Source: Desulfatiglandales bacterium
Lineage (GTDB): Bacteria > Desulfobacterota > DSM-4660 > Desulfatiglandales > Desulfatiglandaceae
Reading direction: 5' to 3'
DNA: 64,000 nucleotides
Assembly (NCBI GenBank): GCA_963662465.1
Contig: OY759599.1
Span: 2,912,001 to 2,976,000, forward strand
Below are positions 10,410-19,213 of this stretch, one piece after another (within the stretch, counting starts at the first letter, position 1; the number at the start of each line of letters is the position of its first letter). Both the position numbers and the translations under genes were made by a program. A model generated the notes under the pieces. The model was not told the DNA's origin and made no database searches. It saw only the letters and a program-made list of their open reading frames with translations.

Positions 10410-10878
10410 TACGGATGCTTCCGTGTTGCCTTCGGTGAACGTTCAAACCCTCGGCGTCCGCAATTGCTATTTCGAAGCCATACCAGCACTTCAGGGTGCG
10501 CGATCACCCCTGCGGCCTACAGGATGCTCTGCCTACGCTTAACCCATCTTTTTCGGGCTCATCGTGGATTCGCGTGAGATTTGGCTTCTGAGCCGATTGT
10601 AGGTGCGACTTCAGTCGCACATTAAGCCGACCCTGTGCGACTGAAGTCGCACCTACAGCCCGAACCGAAACAATCTCAAAGCGCGATTTCACGTTAATCC
10701 GCAATGAACCCTTTTTCGCTGTTCATGCCGTTCGGTGGGGTAAGTCCATCCGCCTATTTGCTCATCCTTGAGCGCGGCTCGTTTCCAAGTGGCATCTCAA
10801 TGCCGATGTCCTACACCTGACAAGCAGAACAACTCCGCCATGGGTCCAAGGCTCGATACGGGTGGGTGGCAACCCTTA
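10410..10878 (-). mobile_element. Truncated group II intron RNA remnant (domain I region; no RT ORF, no DV/DVI), interrupted by a MITE
   Basis: Minus strand reads GTAAGGGTTGCCACCCACCCGTATCGAGCCTTGG...GAAAAAGATGGGTTAAGCGTAGGCAGAGCATCCTGTAGGCCGCAGGGG...CTGAAGTG...GCTTCGAAA...GCCGAGGGTTTGAACGTTCACCGAAGGCAACAC, resembling bacterial group II intron 5' domains (recognised from memory). Confidence 0.6.
10556..10710 (+). mobile_element. 155-bp MITE copy 1 (REP doublet inside imperfect TIRs)
   Basis: Ends GGCTCATCGTGGATT / AATCCGCAATGAACC; 8-bp TSD CTTTTTCG at 10548-10555 and 10711-10718. Confidence 0.92.
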
Positions 10879-11044
10879 CAGAAAGCCATTGCTGCTTTGA
10901 TCCCGATTTGGCATATTCCCCAAAATTTCATAGGAACAAGAATCGGTACACCCTCCACTTCAAGAAAGTATTCTTCCTTATTCGTTGTTCCTATTGCTTG
11001 CGGTTAAGATCTCACCTTGGCAAAACCACAGGACAATCAAAAAT

Positions 11045-11323
11045 TTACGTTAATTCGATTCGAAGTCGCTTACCCATTGCGCGGGCAAGACGATTCAACG
11101 ATTGCAAAGTAATAGAAGTGTCATCCGGGTCGAGCAATCGATCCAACTGCGTCACATCAGTGTCCATTTTCTCGGCAAGCCATATTTTATTAAGATTTGT
11201 AGTCTGCATGATATCGTTGATTTGTAACGCCAACAACCGCTTCTGTGCTCTTGCCGATACCTCTTCAAAGATGCCTTCCTCTTGGAGAAAGTCATCAAAG
11301 CTACTACCGGTATACTTATTCAT
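11045..11323 (-). CDS. XRE/HTH antitoxin (HigA-like)
   Basis: MNKYTGSSFDDFLQEEG...LDRLLDPDDTSITLQSLNRLARAMGKRLRIEL; GGAGG RBS upstream. Confidence 0.8.
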   Translation of the reverse strand: MNKYTGSSFDDFLQEEGIFEEVSARAQKRLLALQINDIMQTTNLNKIWLAEKMDTDVTQLDRLLDPDDTSITLQSLNRLARAMGKRLRIELT

Positions 11324-11327
11324 GTCG

Positions 11328-11508
11328 CTACCTCCCGCTTCGCCACAGATTCTTTCGATTGCGTGCGACATTCAAATCCCTTTGTGATGTCTTCTGAGAC
11401 TTCTTGATGAAGCCGTGCAAAAGTGCCATCTCGTTGCCTCCGGCAGTGAAAAATACTCGCGCAATACGACCACCGCTGAGATTGCTGCGAACTTCCCGTG
11501 TCCTTTCG
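11328..11508 (-). pseudogene. C-terminal half of a RelE/HigB (Gp49-like) toxin, N-terminus missing
   Basis: EVRSNLSGGRIARVFF...MALLHGFIKKSQKT motif directly upstream of the antitoxin; truncated where the IS66-like element begins. Confidence 0.75.
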
Positions 11509-11579
11509 GCAAGCATGCATGAATTGCTCCGAAAATCCTGGTAGAATGGGTTATCCAAAATCGTTCAGGAGGATACCCC

Positions 11580-12135
11580 ATGACCAACGAAAAAGCAAAT
11601 CTGAAGCTCAGCCTCGAAAAAGCGGCTCATCGTGGATTCGCGTGAGATTTGGCTTCTGAGCCGATTGTAGGTGCGACTTTAGTCGCACATTAAGCCTACC
11701 CTGTGCGACTAAAGTCGCACCTACAGCCCGAACCGAAACAATCCCAAAGCGCGATTTCACGTTAATCCGCAATGAACCGAAAAAGCTCAAAGCCAGTTTG
11801 TTGCTTGGCGTAAAACCCGGAAAAAGCGCGGCCCCATCCCGGAAGAATTATGGGATGTTGCCATATCCCTTAGCGAATCCTACACCATCTACCAAATATC
11901 AAAGGATTTACATCTGAACTACACTGCCCTCAAGGATCGTGTAGATGCCTGGCGCATGATGCCTTCAGAAGAACCCAATCGGACGGCTTTTATTGAATTG
12001 CCACCAATGGCTTCCGGTGAAATCAGTTTAGAGCTGGAAAACAAAGCCGGGGGCAAAATGAAAATCCATGTGAAAGGCCATACGGACATCAACCTTGTTT
12101 CCTTGACCCAAACATTCTGGAGCCAGCAGCCATGA
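11580..12135 (+). pseudogene. tnpA: IS66 TnpA-like accessory gene interrupted by MITE copy 2
   Basis: AGGAGG RBS. Removing 11624-11786 restores MTNEKANLKLSLEKA-QSQFVAWRKTRKKRGPIPEELWDVA...TFWSQQP*; ATGA overlap with tnpB. Confidence 0.8.
11624..11778 (+). mobile_element. 155-bp MITE copy 2
   Basis: Same TIRs; 8-bp TSD GAAAAAGC at 11616-11623 and 11779-11786. Confidence 0.92.
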
Positions 12136-12484
12136 TGCAAATAACGCCGCAGATGCAGATCATTCTGGCAGTTGAACCTGTGGATTTTCGTAAAGGCATT
12201 GATGGCCTGGCCGCAATATGCCGTCGTGTTTTGAAAAGCGATCCGTTTTCCGGTATGTTTTCGTATTCCGAAATAAACGGGGATCTGCCATAAAAATCCT
12301 GGTATATAACGGTCAAGGGTTCTGGTTGTGCCAGAAACGGCTTTCGGAGGGACGCTTTCATTGGTGGCCAGGAAGGGAAAAAGGCCAAATGGACCAACTG
12401 GCGGCGCATGAACTGCAGATGCTGCTATGGAACAATAATCCGAATAGCGCAGCACCTTTATGGAAAAAAATCAATTGTAGTTGA
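12132..12484 (+). pseudogene. tnpB: IS66 TnpB accessory protein, frameshifted near 12253
   Basis: LAVEPVDFRKGIDGLAAICRRVLKSDPFSG continues in another frame as YVFVFRNKRGSAIKILVYNGQGFWLCQKRLSEGRF. Confidence 0.88.
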
Positions 12485-12537
12485 AAAAAATGGTCCTGAC
12501 CGCTTGCGTTCTTAGGAAGACGCATTATGTTTTTCTT

Positions 12538-13419
12538 ATGGACCTGGCAATCAAATACAGAGGCAAGAGCTTCAAGACCGAGGATATCTCCTTTATAAAG
12601 GGATTAATCGCTGAAAACCCAAATGACAGCCGGTTTGCATTATCAAAAAAACTTTGCAAAAAATGGAACTGGGTGCAAACCAATGGGACCTTGAAGGATA
12701 TGGTGTGCCGGGGGTTCATGCTGCAACTTCACAGAGAGGGGTATATTCAGCTTCCCGCAAGAAAGCGACCGCCTCTCAATCCATTGAGAAAACGGAACAC
12801 GCCTGAAGTTGTTCGTATCCAGCAAAAGCCTCTGGTTGGATCTTTAAAAACAATTCGACCCTTAAAGTTTTTGCAGGTTCGTCGAACGCCTTCGGAAAAG
12901 CTCTTCAACGGTTTGATTCAACAGCATCATTATCTGGGTTATTGTCAGCCTGTGGGAGAGCATTTGAAATACATCATTTACGCTCACGGCAACCCCATTG
13001 CCTGTATGGCCTGGTCTTCAGCTCCCCGACACATCAAGAGCCGCGATCAGTTTATCGGATGGTCTCCGGATGTTCGAATGAGGAACCTTCCTCTCATCGC
13101 CTACAATACCCGGTTTCTCATATTGCCCTGGGTGCGGGTGAAGAATCTGGCGTCTCACATATTGGGTCAAATGGTCCGGGTTCTTCCAAGGGATTGGCAA
13201 AATCAATACCATCACCCTGTTTACTACCTCGAAACTTTTGTTGACAAAAGCCTGTTTTCGGGCGGCTGTTACAACGCCGCAAATTGGATTTATCTGGGCG
13301 ATACCACTGGGCGCGGCAAAAACGATCAAACCAACAAGCCCAACCGGACCATCAAGGCTATTTGGGGGTTACCTCTGTCAAAGCATTTTCGAGAGAGGTT
13401 GTGCGATGCCCAAGCCTAA
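12538..13419 (+). CDS. DUF4338 (Druantia DruA-like domain) protein inside the IS66-like element
   Basis: QHHYLGY..PVGEHLKY, RDQFIGW, NTRFLILPWVRVKNLASHILG, YLETFVD, GCYNAANWIYLGDTTGRGK motifs. Confidence 0.85.
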   Translation: MDLAIKYRGKSFKTEDISFIKGLIAENPNDSRFALSKKLCKKWNWVQTNGTLKDMVCRGFMLQLHREGYIQLPARKRPPLNPLRKRNTPEVVRIQQKPLVGSLKTIRPLKFLQVRRTPSEKLFNGLIQQHHYLGYCQPVGEHLKYIIYAHGNPIACMAWSSAPRHIKSRDQFIGWSPDVRMRNLPLIAYNTRFLILPWVRVKNLASHILGQMVRVLPRDWQNQYHHPVYYLETFVDKSLFSGGCYNAANWIYLGDTTGRGKNDQTNKPNRTIKAIWGLPLSKHFRERLCDAQA

Positions 13420-13997
13420 AACAATCGAGCTAAGCCCGGAAGATCTCCAAGCTCTTCTCGAACGGGTAAAAGCTGTCGTATCAGAAGAAGACTACGAGAT
13501 TATGGTTCATCGCGGATTAACGTGAAATCGCGCTTTGAGATTGTTTCGGTTCGGGCTGTAGGTGCGACTTCAGTCGCACAGGGTCGGCTTAATGTGCGAC
13601 TGAAGTCGCACCTACAATCGGCTCAGAAGCCAAATCTCACGCGAATCCACGATGAGCCGAGATTATTAAGGCCATGACCGAGGCCCTTCAAGCCATGAGC
13701 CAGGTTGTGGATCAAAAGGCGGCATCCATCAAACGATTGCTCAAACAGTTGTTTGGTCAGAAATCCGAGAAAAAAGAGGTCGTGTTCGATGATCCGGAGA
13801 GCGACCAGGATGATGAAACGGATTCCAATCCTGAAAACAAACCCGACGAGCCCGATCCTAAAAACAAAAAGGAACCCGAGAAAAAACCAAAAGGACATGG
13901 TCGCAACGGTGTATCCGCTTATCCCGGCGCGAAGAAGATACAGGCTTTTAAACGTCGGCTTAAAAAAAATGAAAAAGCAGGAACCGTTCAATCCTGA
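13406..13997 (+). pseudogene. tnpC: IS66 TnpC transposase N-terminal remnant, interrupted by MITE copy 3 and truncated
   Basis: Removing 13504-13666 restores ...VSEEDYEIIKAMTEALQ...IKRLLKQLFGQKSEK...GHGRNGVSAYPGA; the DDE domain is absent. Confidence 0.85.
13504..13658 (-). mobile_element. 155-bp MITE copy 3 (inverted orientation)
   Basis: GGTTCATCGCGGATTAAC...GAATCCACGATGAGCC; 8-bp TSD GAGATTAT at 13496-13503 and 13659-13666. Confidence 0.92.
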
Positions 13998-14159
13998 ATA
14001 TTTGAAAGTAACATGATAGAGGCCAAATCAGCCAAGAACCTCCGGCAAAGCCGGGGGTTTACTCAGAACAATGTCCACACTATCAGGAAGTGGGGGCATG
14101 GAGACGGCAGTCAAACGACATCATTGCACAATGAGCAACATGAGACAGCCGGAGTTGAA

Positions 14160-15086
14160 ATGGATGAACTTGAACGATTTAAAAAAGAGATTAGCCTGAT
14201 GGAATATGCACCGGCCCACGATTACACTGAGTTTGACCGTAGCCAGTCCAGCAAGACATGTGTAGTACTCAGGCGCGAGGCTGATGACGGCAAAATCGCC
14301 GTGAGCCGAGGCTATGATGGGCATTGGGTTTACTATGACTTCAGGCGTGGCAAAGGTGGTTCAATCCTTGACTTTGTAATGCAGCATACCGGCTGCAATC
14401 TTGGCCAAACAAGAAAAGAGCTGAGAAAAGCGTTATGTTGCAACGTTAATTCTTTTTCCCATACTGCCCCTTTACCTAATCCTCGATCAGCCACCAAGAA
14501 CCGGCAAAAAACGGCATGGGAATATGCTGACACGACGCCCATTACAAGGCATCATGATTACTTGGAAAGCCGGGGCATTGGCTTTGAAGACATTTTGGCT
14601 GGTCGGTTTGCCGGCGCCGTAAGAGTTGATCGGTATCAGAATGTTTGTTTTCCGTATTTTGATTTTAAGGGGGTAGCCGGTATTGAAAAGCGGAATCATA
14701 ATTTCAAATGTTACACGAAAGGAGGCAGTAAAGGGTTGTGGAGGAGCACGCTGATAGAGGGTGACTCAAAGGCCGTGATTTGTGAAGCTCCAATTGACGC
14801 ACTTTCCCATAGCAAACTGCGCTATGATAGCAACGACCGAACCAGGTATTTTGCAATCAGCGGTCAGATTGGCCGTTTTCAATCGGAGCTAATCAACGGT
14901 CTGATAAAGAAATGCCGTTCCGAAAAAATGGATATTTTTCTTGCATTTGACAATGACCCAGCAGGAAGAAAATATATCCGACAATTCCAGGAGCGTCATT
15001 CAGGGGTGTCATTTACGGTGGATTTGCCGCCCCGGGAAGGCCAGGACTGGAATGATGTTCTTCAGAGCAAACAAGCAATCGAGTGA
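14160..15086 (+). CDS. DUF3991/TOPRIM domain primase-like protein of mobile elements
   Basis: GKGGSILDFV, YLESRGI, VICEAPIDALSH, LAFDNDPAG, DWNDVL TOPRIM motifs; GGAG RBS before ATG 14160. Confidence 0.8.
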   Translation: MDELERFKKEISLMEYAPAHDYTEFDRSQSSKTCVVLRREADDGKIAVSRGYDGHWVYYDFRRGKGGSILDFVMQHTGCNLGQTRKELRKALCCNVNSFSHTAPLPNPRSATKNRQKTAWEYADTTPITRHHDYLESRGIGFEDILAGRFAGAVRVDRYQNVCFPYFDFKGVAGIEKRNHNFKCYTKGGSKGLWRSTLIEGDSKAVICEAPIDALSHSKLRYDSNDRTRYFAISGQIGRFQSELINGLIKKCRSEKMDIFLAFDNDPAGRKYIRQFQERHSGVSFTVDLPPREGQDWNDVLQSKQAIE

Positions 15087-15473
15087 AAATCTTGATTATC
15101 TTCTGAAGGGAATGCAGTTGTTGTTTTACATATAAAAGCATGCAAGTTTTTCAGTGAGAGAGCTCGATGACGAACGTTGGGACCATTTGGATCTCGTAGG
15201 GGACAATACTGGGCCTCTCACTGAACTTTACAACCTGGATAAGGGATGATAGGTGGCCGCCCAGCAGGGCGAGCATGCCGGATAAACGTAACGATAAGGT
15301 GTAGAGTTCATAAAAGGTGAGAAAATTACTGAAAACTGCAAAAAGTCCGCAACGGACTTGCTGCTGAATTGTGCAAAAAATTCTGGAGATGGCGTAACTA
15401 CTTGTTATTACAGTATTTACAGTTTTTTGAAGTTTTTTCTTGACAGGAGCATTATAGGATGTCCCCCTGTTTC

Positions 15474-15511
15474 GCGGCTTTTTGGGTCGGCACCAGTGTG
15501 AGGTTGGCAAC
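15474..15511 (-). other. Truncated attC site (left arm only) after yoeB
   Basis: Minus strand GTTGCCAAC-CTCACACTGGTGCCGACCCAAAAAGCCGCG begins 10 nt after the yoeB stop; exact inverse complement of the GTTGGCAAC core at 16186-16178. Confidence 0.6.
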
Positions 15512-15521
15512 TTTTATAGTA

Positions 15522-15818
15522 TCAGTAATGATAGCGCGCTTGCACAAAATCGATTCTGTCATACCCAACGACATACACGAGACGATGTTCCTGGGTTATT
15601 CGACGAGACCAAACACCAGATCCAAGAAATTTTAAAGGTTCGGGTTTGCCGATCCCCTGAAAAGGATCTCGCATAACCGATTCTACCAATTGAAAAATGC
15701 GAAGTGCTGTTTTTCGATCTGTTTCGACCCAGTACTTCAGATCCTCTCTAAATTCCGGCTGGAATATGGAATCTCTCTGTGATTTAGCACGGGGTCGCTT
15801 TTTGGTTTTTTTACTCAA
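15522..15818 (-). CDS. yoeB: YoeB/Txe family toxin
   Basis: EFREDLKYW...DPFQGIGKPEPLK...WSRRITQEHRLVY...ARYHY; TTG start overlapping the antitoxin end. Confidence 0.92.
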   Translation of the reverse strand: MSKKTKKRPRAKSQRDSIFQPEFREDLKYWVETDRKTALRIFQLVESVMRDPFQGIGKPEPLKFLGSGVWSRRITQEHRLVYVVGYDRIDFVQARYHY

Positions 15819-16089
15819 AACCGACCTCGTCGCGAAGATCATCGATTGTTTGAGAAACACCGGAACCATCTTTGACTCTCTCAAGTGCCGTTAGAAGTCG
15901 CTTTGCATTTTTGGGTGAACGAAGAAGGTGCGCCGTTTCGAGAACACCGGCCAACTCATCAGCGGTTATCATGGCGACATCTTCGCGACCGCGTCTCTGA
16001 ATGATAACGACCTCACGGTTTTTAGTGACCTCATCCATTAAAGATGCCAAGCTTGCACGAGCTTGAGTGTATGTAGTTTGTATTGCCAT
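15811..16089 (-). CDS. yefM: YefM/Phd family antitoxin
   Basis: TYTQARASLASLMDEV...VIIQRRGREDVAMI...ETAHLLRSPKNAKRLL. Confidence 0.92.
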   Translation of the reverse strand: MAIQTTYTQARASLASLMDEVTKNREVVIIQRRGREDVAMITADELAGVLETAHLLRSPKNAKRLLTALERVKDGSGVSQTIDDLRDEVGFE

Positions 16090-16107
16090 ATTTCCCTCCA
16101 GTTTTGT

Positions 16108-16147
16108 TGTACAGGTTAACAGTACATGTTTAAGAGAGGATTGTCAA
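16108..16147 (-). promoter_or_regulatory. sigma70 promoter and likely autoregulatory operator of yefM-yoeB
   Basis: Minus strand TTGACA-17 bp-TACTGT, overlapped by two TGTAC(A) cores, resembling the TGTACA repeats of the E. coli yefM-yoeB operator. Confidence 0.65.
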
Positions 16148-16177
16148 TACGCGTTAAATAAGCTTCGAATTCAATTT

Positions 16178-16245
16178 GTTGCCAACATATATTGTACGGA
16201 AAAAATATATTATAGATAACTGCTGTAAGAAAATATCCCATTATA
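16178..16245 (-). other. Putative integron attI site (crossover G|TT at 16186)
   Basis: AT-rich ...TTTTTTCCGTACAATATATGTTGGCAAC between the first cassette and the divergent intI remnant; core complements the attC left end at 15503-15511. Confidence 0.6.
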
Positions 16246-16393
16246 TCAATGGCCTAATACATAAGCATCAGGCCCTTCAAGAGAATCGTTAAGAAAATAA
16301 AAAGGTTGTAATAAACTTTCTTCTGATAATATAATAATTCCGCATAGCATAAAGCGTAAAACATAGGCTAACCAATTGAACTGGATAAGTTTT

Positions 16394-16864
16394 ATGAACA
16401 AAGAAAGTCAAGACAATTCGATAGCCGTTCAAAAATTTTGGGATACGTTTAAGGCCTGTGTGGAGAAAAACCGGGTGAGACTTGGCCGTTTGACCTTTTA
16501 TGTCAAATAGGCGCAGACCTTTGTTAATTTTCTGCCTGGAAAACGATTGCGTGAACGCTCTTGGCAGGTAAGGCAAGCCAAGCATGCTGTAAAAATTCTT
16601 TATGAGACGTTTCTTCCCGGTTATTCTCCGGAAACTGCGGCCAACCCAGCGATAAAAACGGAAGAAAAGAAAACTCCCGCACGCTTTCCTGCCAAGGCAG
16701 GGCGCTTCCCCGATCGGGTGGCGCCCGGTGAGATTGAGCGGCTTTTCGCTCCCTTGATAAATGCTCTGAAGTTGGGACATGCGGATGTTTCCACCACCAT
16801 GATCTATACCCATGTCTTGAACAGACCGGGGCTTTCGGTTCAGAGCCCGGCTGATTTTGATTAA
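16394..16864 (+). pseudogene. intI: Integron integrase pseudogene (nonsense codon plus large internal deletion)
   Basis: C-terminus [28 protein letters not shown] is the IntI tail. N-terminal FWDTFKACVEK...[14 protein letters not shown] with in-frame TAG at 16508-16510; only about 156 codons remain. Confidence 0.8.
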
Positions 16865-16893
16865 CACGGCATCATTAATGACTGAGGAGAACC

Positions 16894-19074
16894 ATGAAAC
16901 GTCACATTCTTACGGTGATGCTGATCATCATTGCGGGGATTCTCGCCTGGAAAACCATTGACGATCTCAAACCCCTGCCCCATGCGCTCAATTTTGAAAC
17001 AGGCAATGTACGCAAAGTACAGATCCTGGACCGGAACAGCATCCCCTTGACGGTGACCTATGAAAACCGCTGGAACATCCATGACCATGTGCCGCTTCAT
17101 GATATTCCGCTCCTGATTCAGCAGGCATTTGTGCTGTCCGAGGATCGATGTTTTTACCGCCACCACGGCGTGGACTGGGGAGCGCGCCTGATGGCGGCTT
17201 TTCAGAACATAAAATCCTTCCGGGCCGTTCGAGGGGCCAGTACCATCACCGAACAGGTGGTGCGCATGTGGCGCCCACGGCCCCGTACCCTGTGGTCCCG
17301 CTGGCTGGAGGGTTTTGAAGCAGCCCGGCTTGAAAAGGTGTTTTCAAAGTCGCAAATTCTGGAATGCTACCTCAACCAGGTTCCCTATGGGGCCCGGCGC
17401 CGGGGGGTGGTGCAGGCGGCCCGCTACTATTTTGACCGGGATCTGGATACCTTGAGCCTCAAGGAAATCCTGGCCCTGGCGGTCATGGTGCGGGCGCCGG
17501 GACGTCTGGATGTCCACAAAAACCCGGGCCTTCTTGAAAAACCCATTCTGCGGTTGGCGCAACAGCTCCTTATGCAAAACCTCATTGACAAACCCCGAAT
17601 GGCTCAGCTCCAAGAAACCCCACTTGAAGGACGACCCGGTTCATTTGCGGGAAATGCAGAGCATTTCGTACACCACCTCTTTGCCGCCACCCCCCCATCC
17701 ATCTTCGAACGCTTGCCTCGCGTTCGCACCACCTTGAACGCCCCCTTGCAGCAGGAAATTCAAGCCATCCTGGATCACAGGCTTCGGGATCTGAAACGCC
17801 GGAACGTTCAAAACGGCGCGGTGCTGGCGGTGGATCATCAAAAAAACGAAATCGTCGCATGGGTCAACGGCGGATCACTGGATGAGGTTCAGGAGAGCTG
17901 GATCGACGCCGTGGTCACACCCCGCCAACCGGGAAGCACCCTCAAGCCCTTTCTCTACGCCCTGGCGCTGGATAAGGGGTGGACCGCCGCCACCTTGGTG
18001 GAAGATCTACCTCTAGCGGCCTCCGTGGGCCATGGACTCCATACCTACCACAACTACAGCCATACCCATTACGGCCCCCTCCCCTTGCGCCACGCCCTTG
18101 GGAACTCCCTAAACACGCCTGCCGTGCGCACCATTCAGTTTGTAGGGGTTCATAATTTTCTGGCATGCCTTGGAAAGTTGGGCATCCACAGTCTGCATCG
18201 ACACCCGGATTACTATGGCGAAGGCCTGGCCCTGGGCAACGGTGAAATCACACTCCTGGAACTGGTCCACGCCTATACGGTGCTGGCCGACCGAGGCGTT
18301 TATCGTCCGTTAAAAACCATCATGGAAGACGAGGCCCGGACCCGCAACGACGCCTGGGTCTTTTCCCCGGAAACCGCCTCCCTCATCGGCAACATCCTGT
18401 CGGACCCCGACGCCCGGAGCCTGGAATTCGGGCTGGGAAGCCTGCTTCGATTTCCGGTCCAGACCGCCGTCAAAACAGGCACTTCCAGCGATTACCGGGA
18501 TGCCTGGGCCGTGGGGTATAATGATCGATTCACCGTGGGGGTGTGGGTGGGAAATCTGGACCATCAGGCCACGAGCGGCGTTACCGGGGCCACGGGAGCA
18601 GCCCTGATCCTCAGAAGCGTCTTTGCGGAACTCAACCGTAACCGACAAACACGGCCCCTTTATCTGAGCCCCCAACTCGTCAAAGCTGAAATCTGCCGGG
18701 AAACCGGCTTGCCCTCGGATGGGCGTTGCGTCGCCGTCAGCGAATGGTTTGTTCCCGGAACCGAACCCAATATCCCGCCGGCAGCCCGTCCCGTCCGTAA
18801 ACGGCCCTATCTTCAACGCCCCACCCAGGGCTTGCAACTGGCCATGGATCCGCGCATTCCCGATGACCATGAAGCCTTTCAATTCCGGATGGCCAACCTG
18901 CCTGAAAATGCCACGGTGGACTGGTACGTGGATGGTCAATTGTCCGCCACAACCCCCACCCGAAATTATCTGTGGCCCCTTTCCCGGGGCGCGCACCGAG
19001 CCATGGCCGGAGTATGGACGCCCGGCATTGCATCCCCTGAAGAAACGGTGGGCGTGAACTTCATGGTGAAATAA
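16894..19074 (+). CDS. pbpC: Penicillin-binding protein 1C
   Basis: Transglycosylase EDRCFYRHHGVD and GASTITEQ; transpeptidase PGSTLKPF, SLN, KTGTS; C-terminal extension typical of PBP1C. Confidence 0.88.
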   Translation: MKRHILTVMLIIIAGILAWKTIDDLKPLPHALNFETGNVRKVQILDRNSIPLTVTYENRWNIHDHVPLHDIPLLIQQAFVLSEDRCFYRHHGVDWGARLMAAFQNIKSFRAVRGASTITEQVVRMWRPRPRTLWSRWLEGFEAARLEKVFSKSQILECYLNQVPYGARRRGVVQAARYYFDRDLDTLSLKEILALAVMVRAPGRLDVHKNPGLLEKPILRLAQQLLMQNLIDKPRMAQLQETPLEGRPGSFAGNAEHFVHHLFAATPPSIFERLPRVRTTLNAPLQQEIQAILDHRLRDLKRRNVQNGAVLAVDHQKNEIVAWVNGGSLDEVQESWIDAVVTPRQPGSTLKPFLYALALDKGWTAATLVEDLPLAASVGHGLHTYHNYSHTHYGPLPLRHALGNSLNTPAVRTIQFVGVHNFLACLGKLGIHSLHRHPDYYGEGLALGNGEITLLELVHAYTVLADRGVYRPLKTIMEDEARTRNDAWVFSPETASLIGNILSDPDARSLEFGLGSLLRFPVQTAVKTGTSSDYRDAWAVGYNDRFTVGVWVGNLDHQATSGVTGATGAALILRSVFAELNRNRQTRPLYLSPQLVKAEICRETGLPSDGRCVAVSEWFVPGTEPNIPPAARPVRKRPYLQRPTQGLQLAMDPRIPDDHEAFQFRMANLPENATVDWYVDGQLSATTPTRNYLWPLSRGAHRAMAGVWTPGIASPEETVGVNFMVK

Positions 19075-19213
19075 AATTTCAGGGAACCGTAATGCCTCCT
19101 GAAGCCGGGTTTCGTTGCAATCCTTTCCTGGAAAAATAATTCTTTATCCAGTATACTCCGTCTCTGGGTGAAAAACGTTCATACGTGCAGCGTGCCCGCC
19201 TCAATTCCGGGAG

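Larger units (their letters stand above)
11509..13997 (+). mobile_element. Defective IS66-family element: tnpA - tnpB - DUF4338 gene - truncated tnpC
   Basis: IS66 gene order and motifs. Putative left end GCAAGCATGCATG at 11509 (IS66 ends normally start GTAA); no right end seen. Confidence 0.8.

Noticed and set aside
10504..11790. Small ORFs 10504-10704 and 11608-11790 (MRINVKSRF...)
   Set aside because: They are translations of the MITE sequence, not independent genes.
11810..11820. GTAAAACCCGG as an IS66 left end
   Set aside because: It lies inside the reconstructed tnpA coding sequence (WRKTR).
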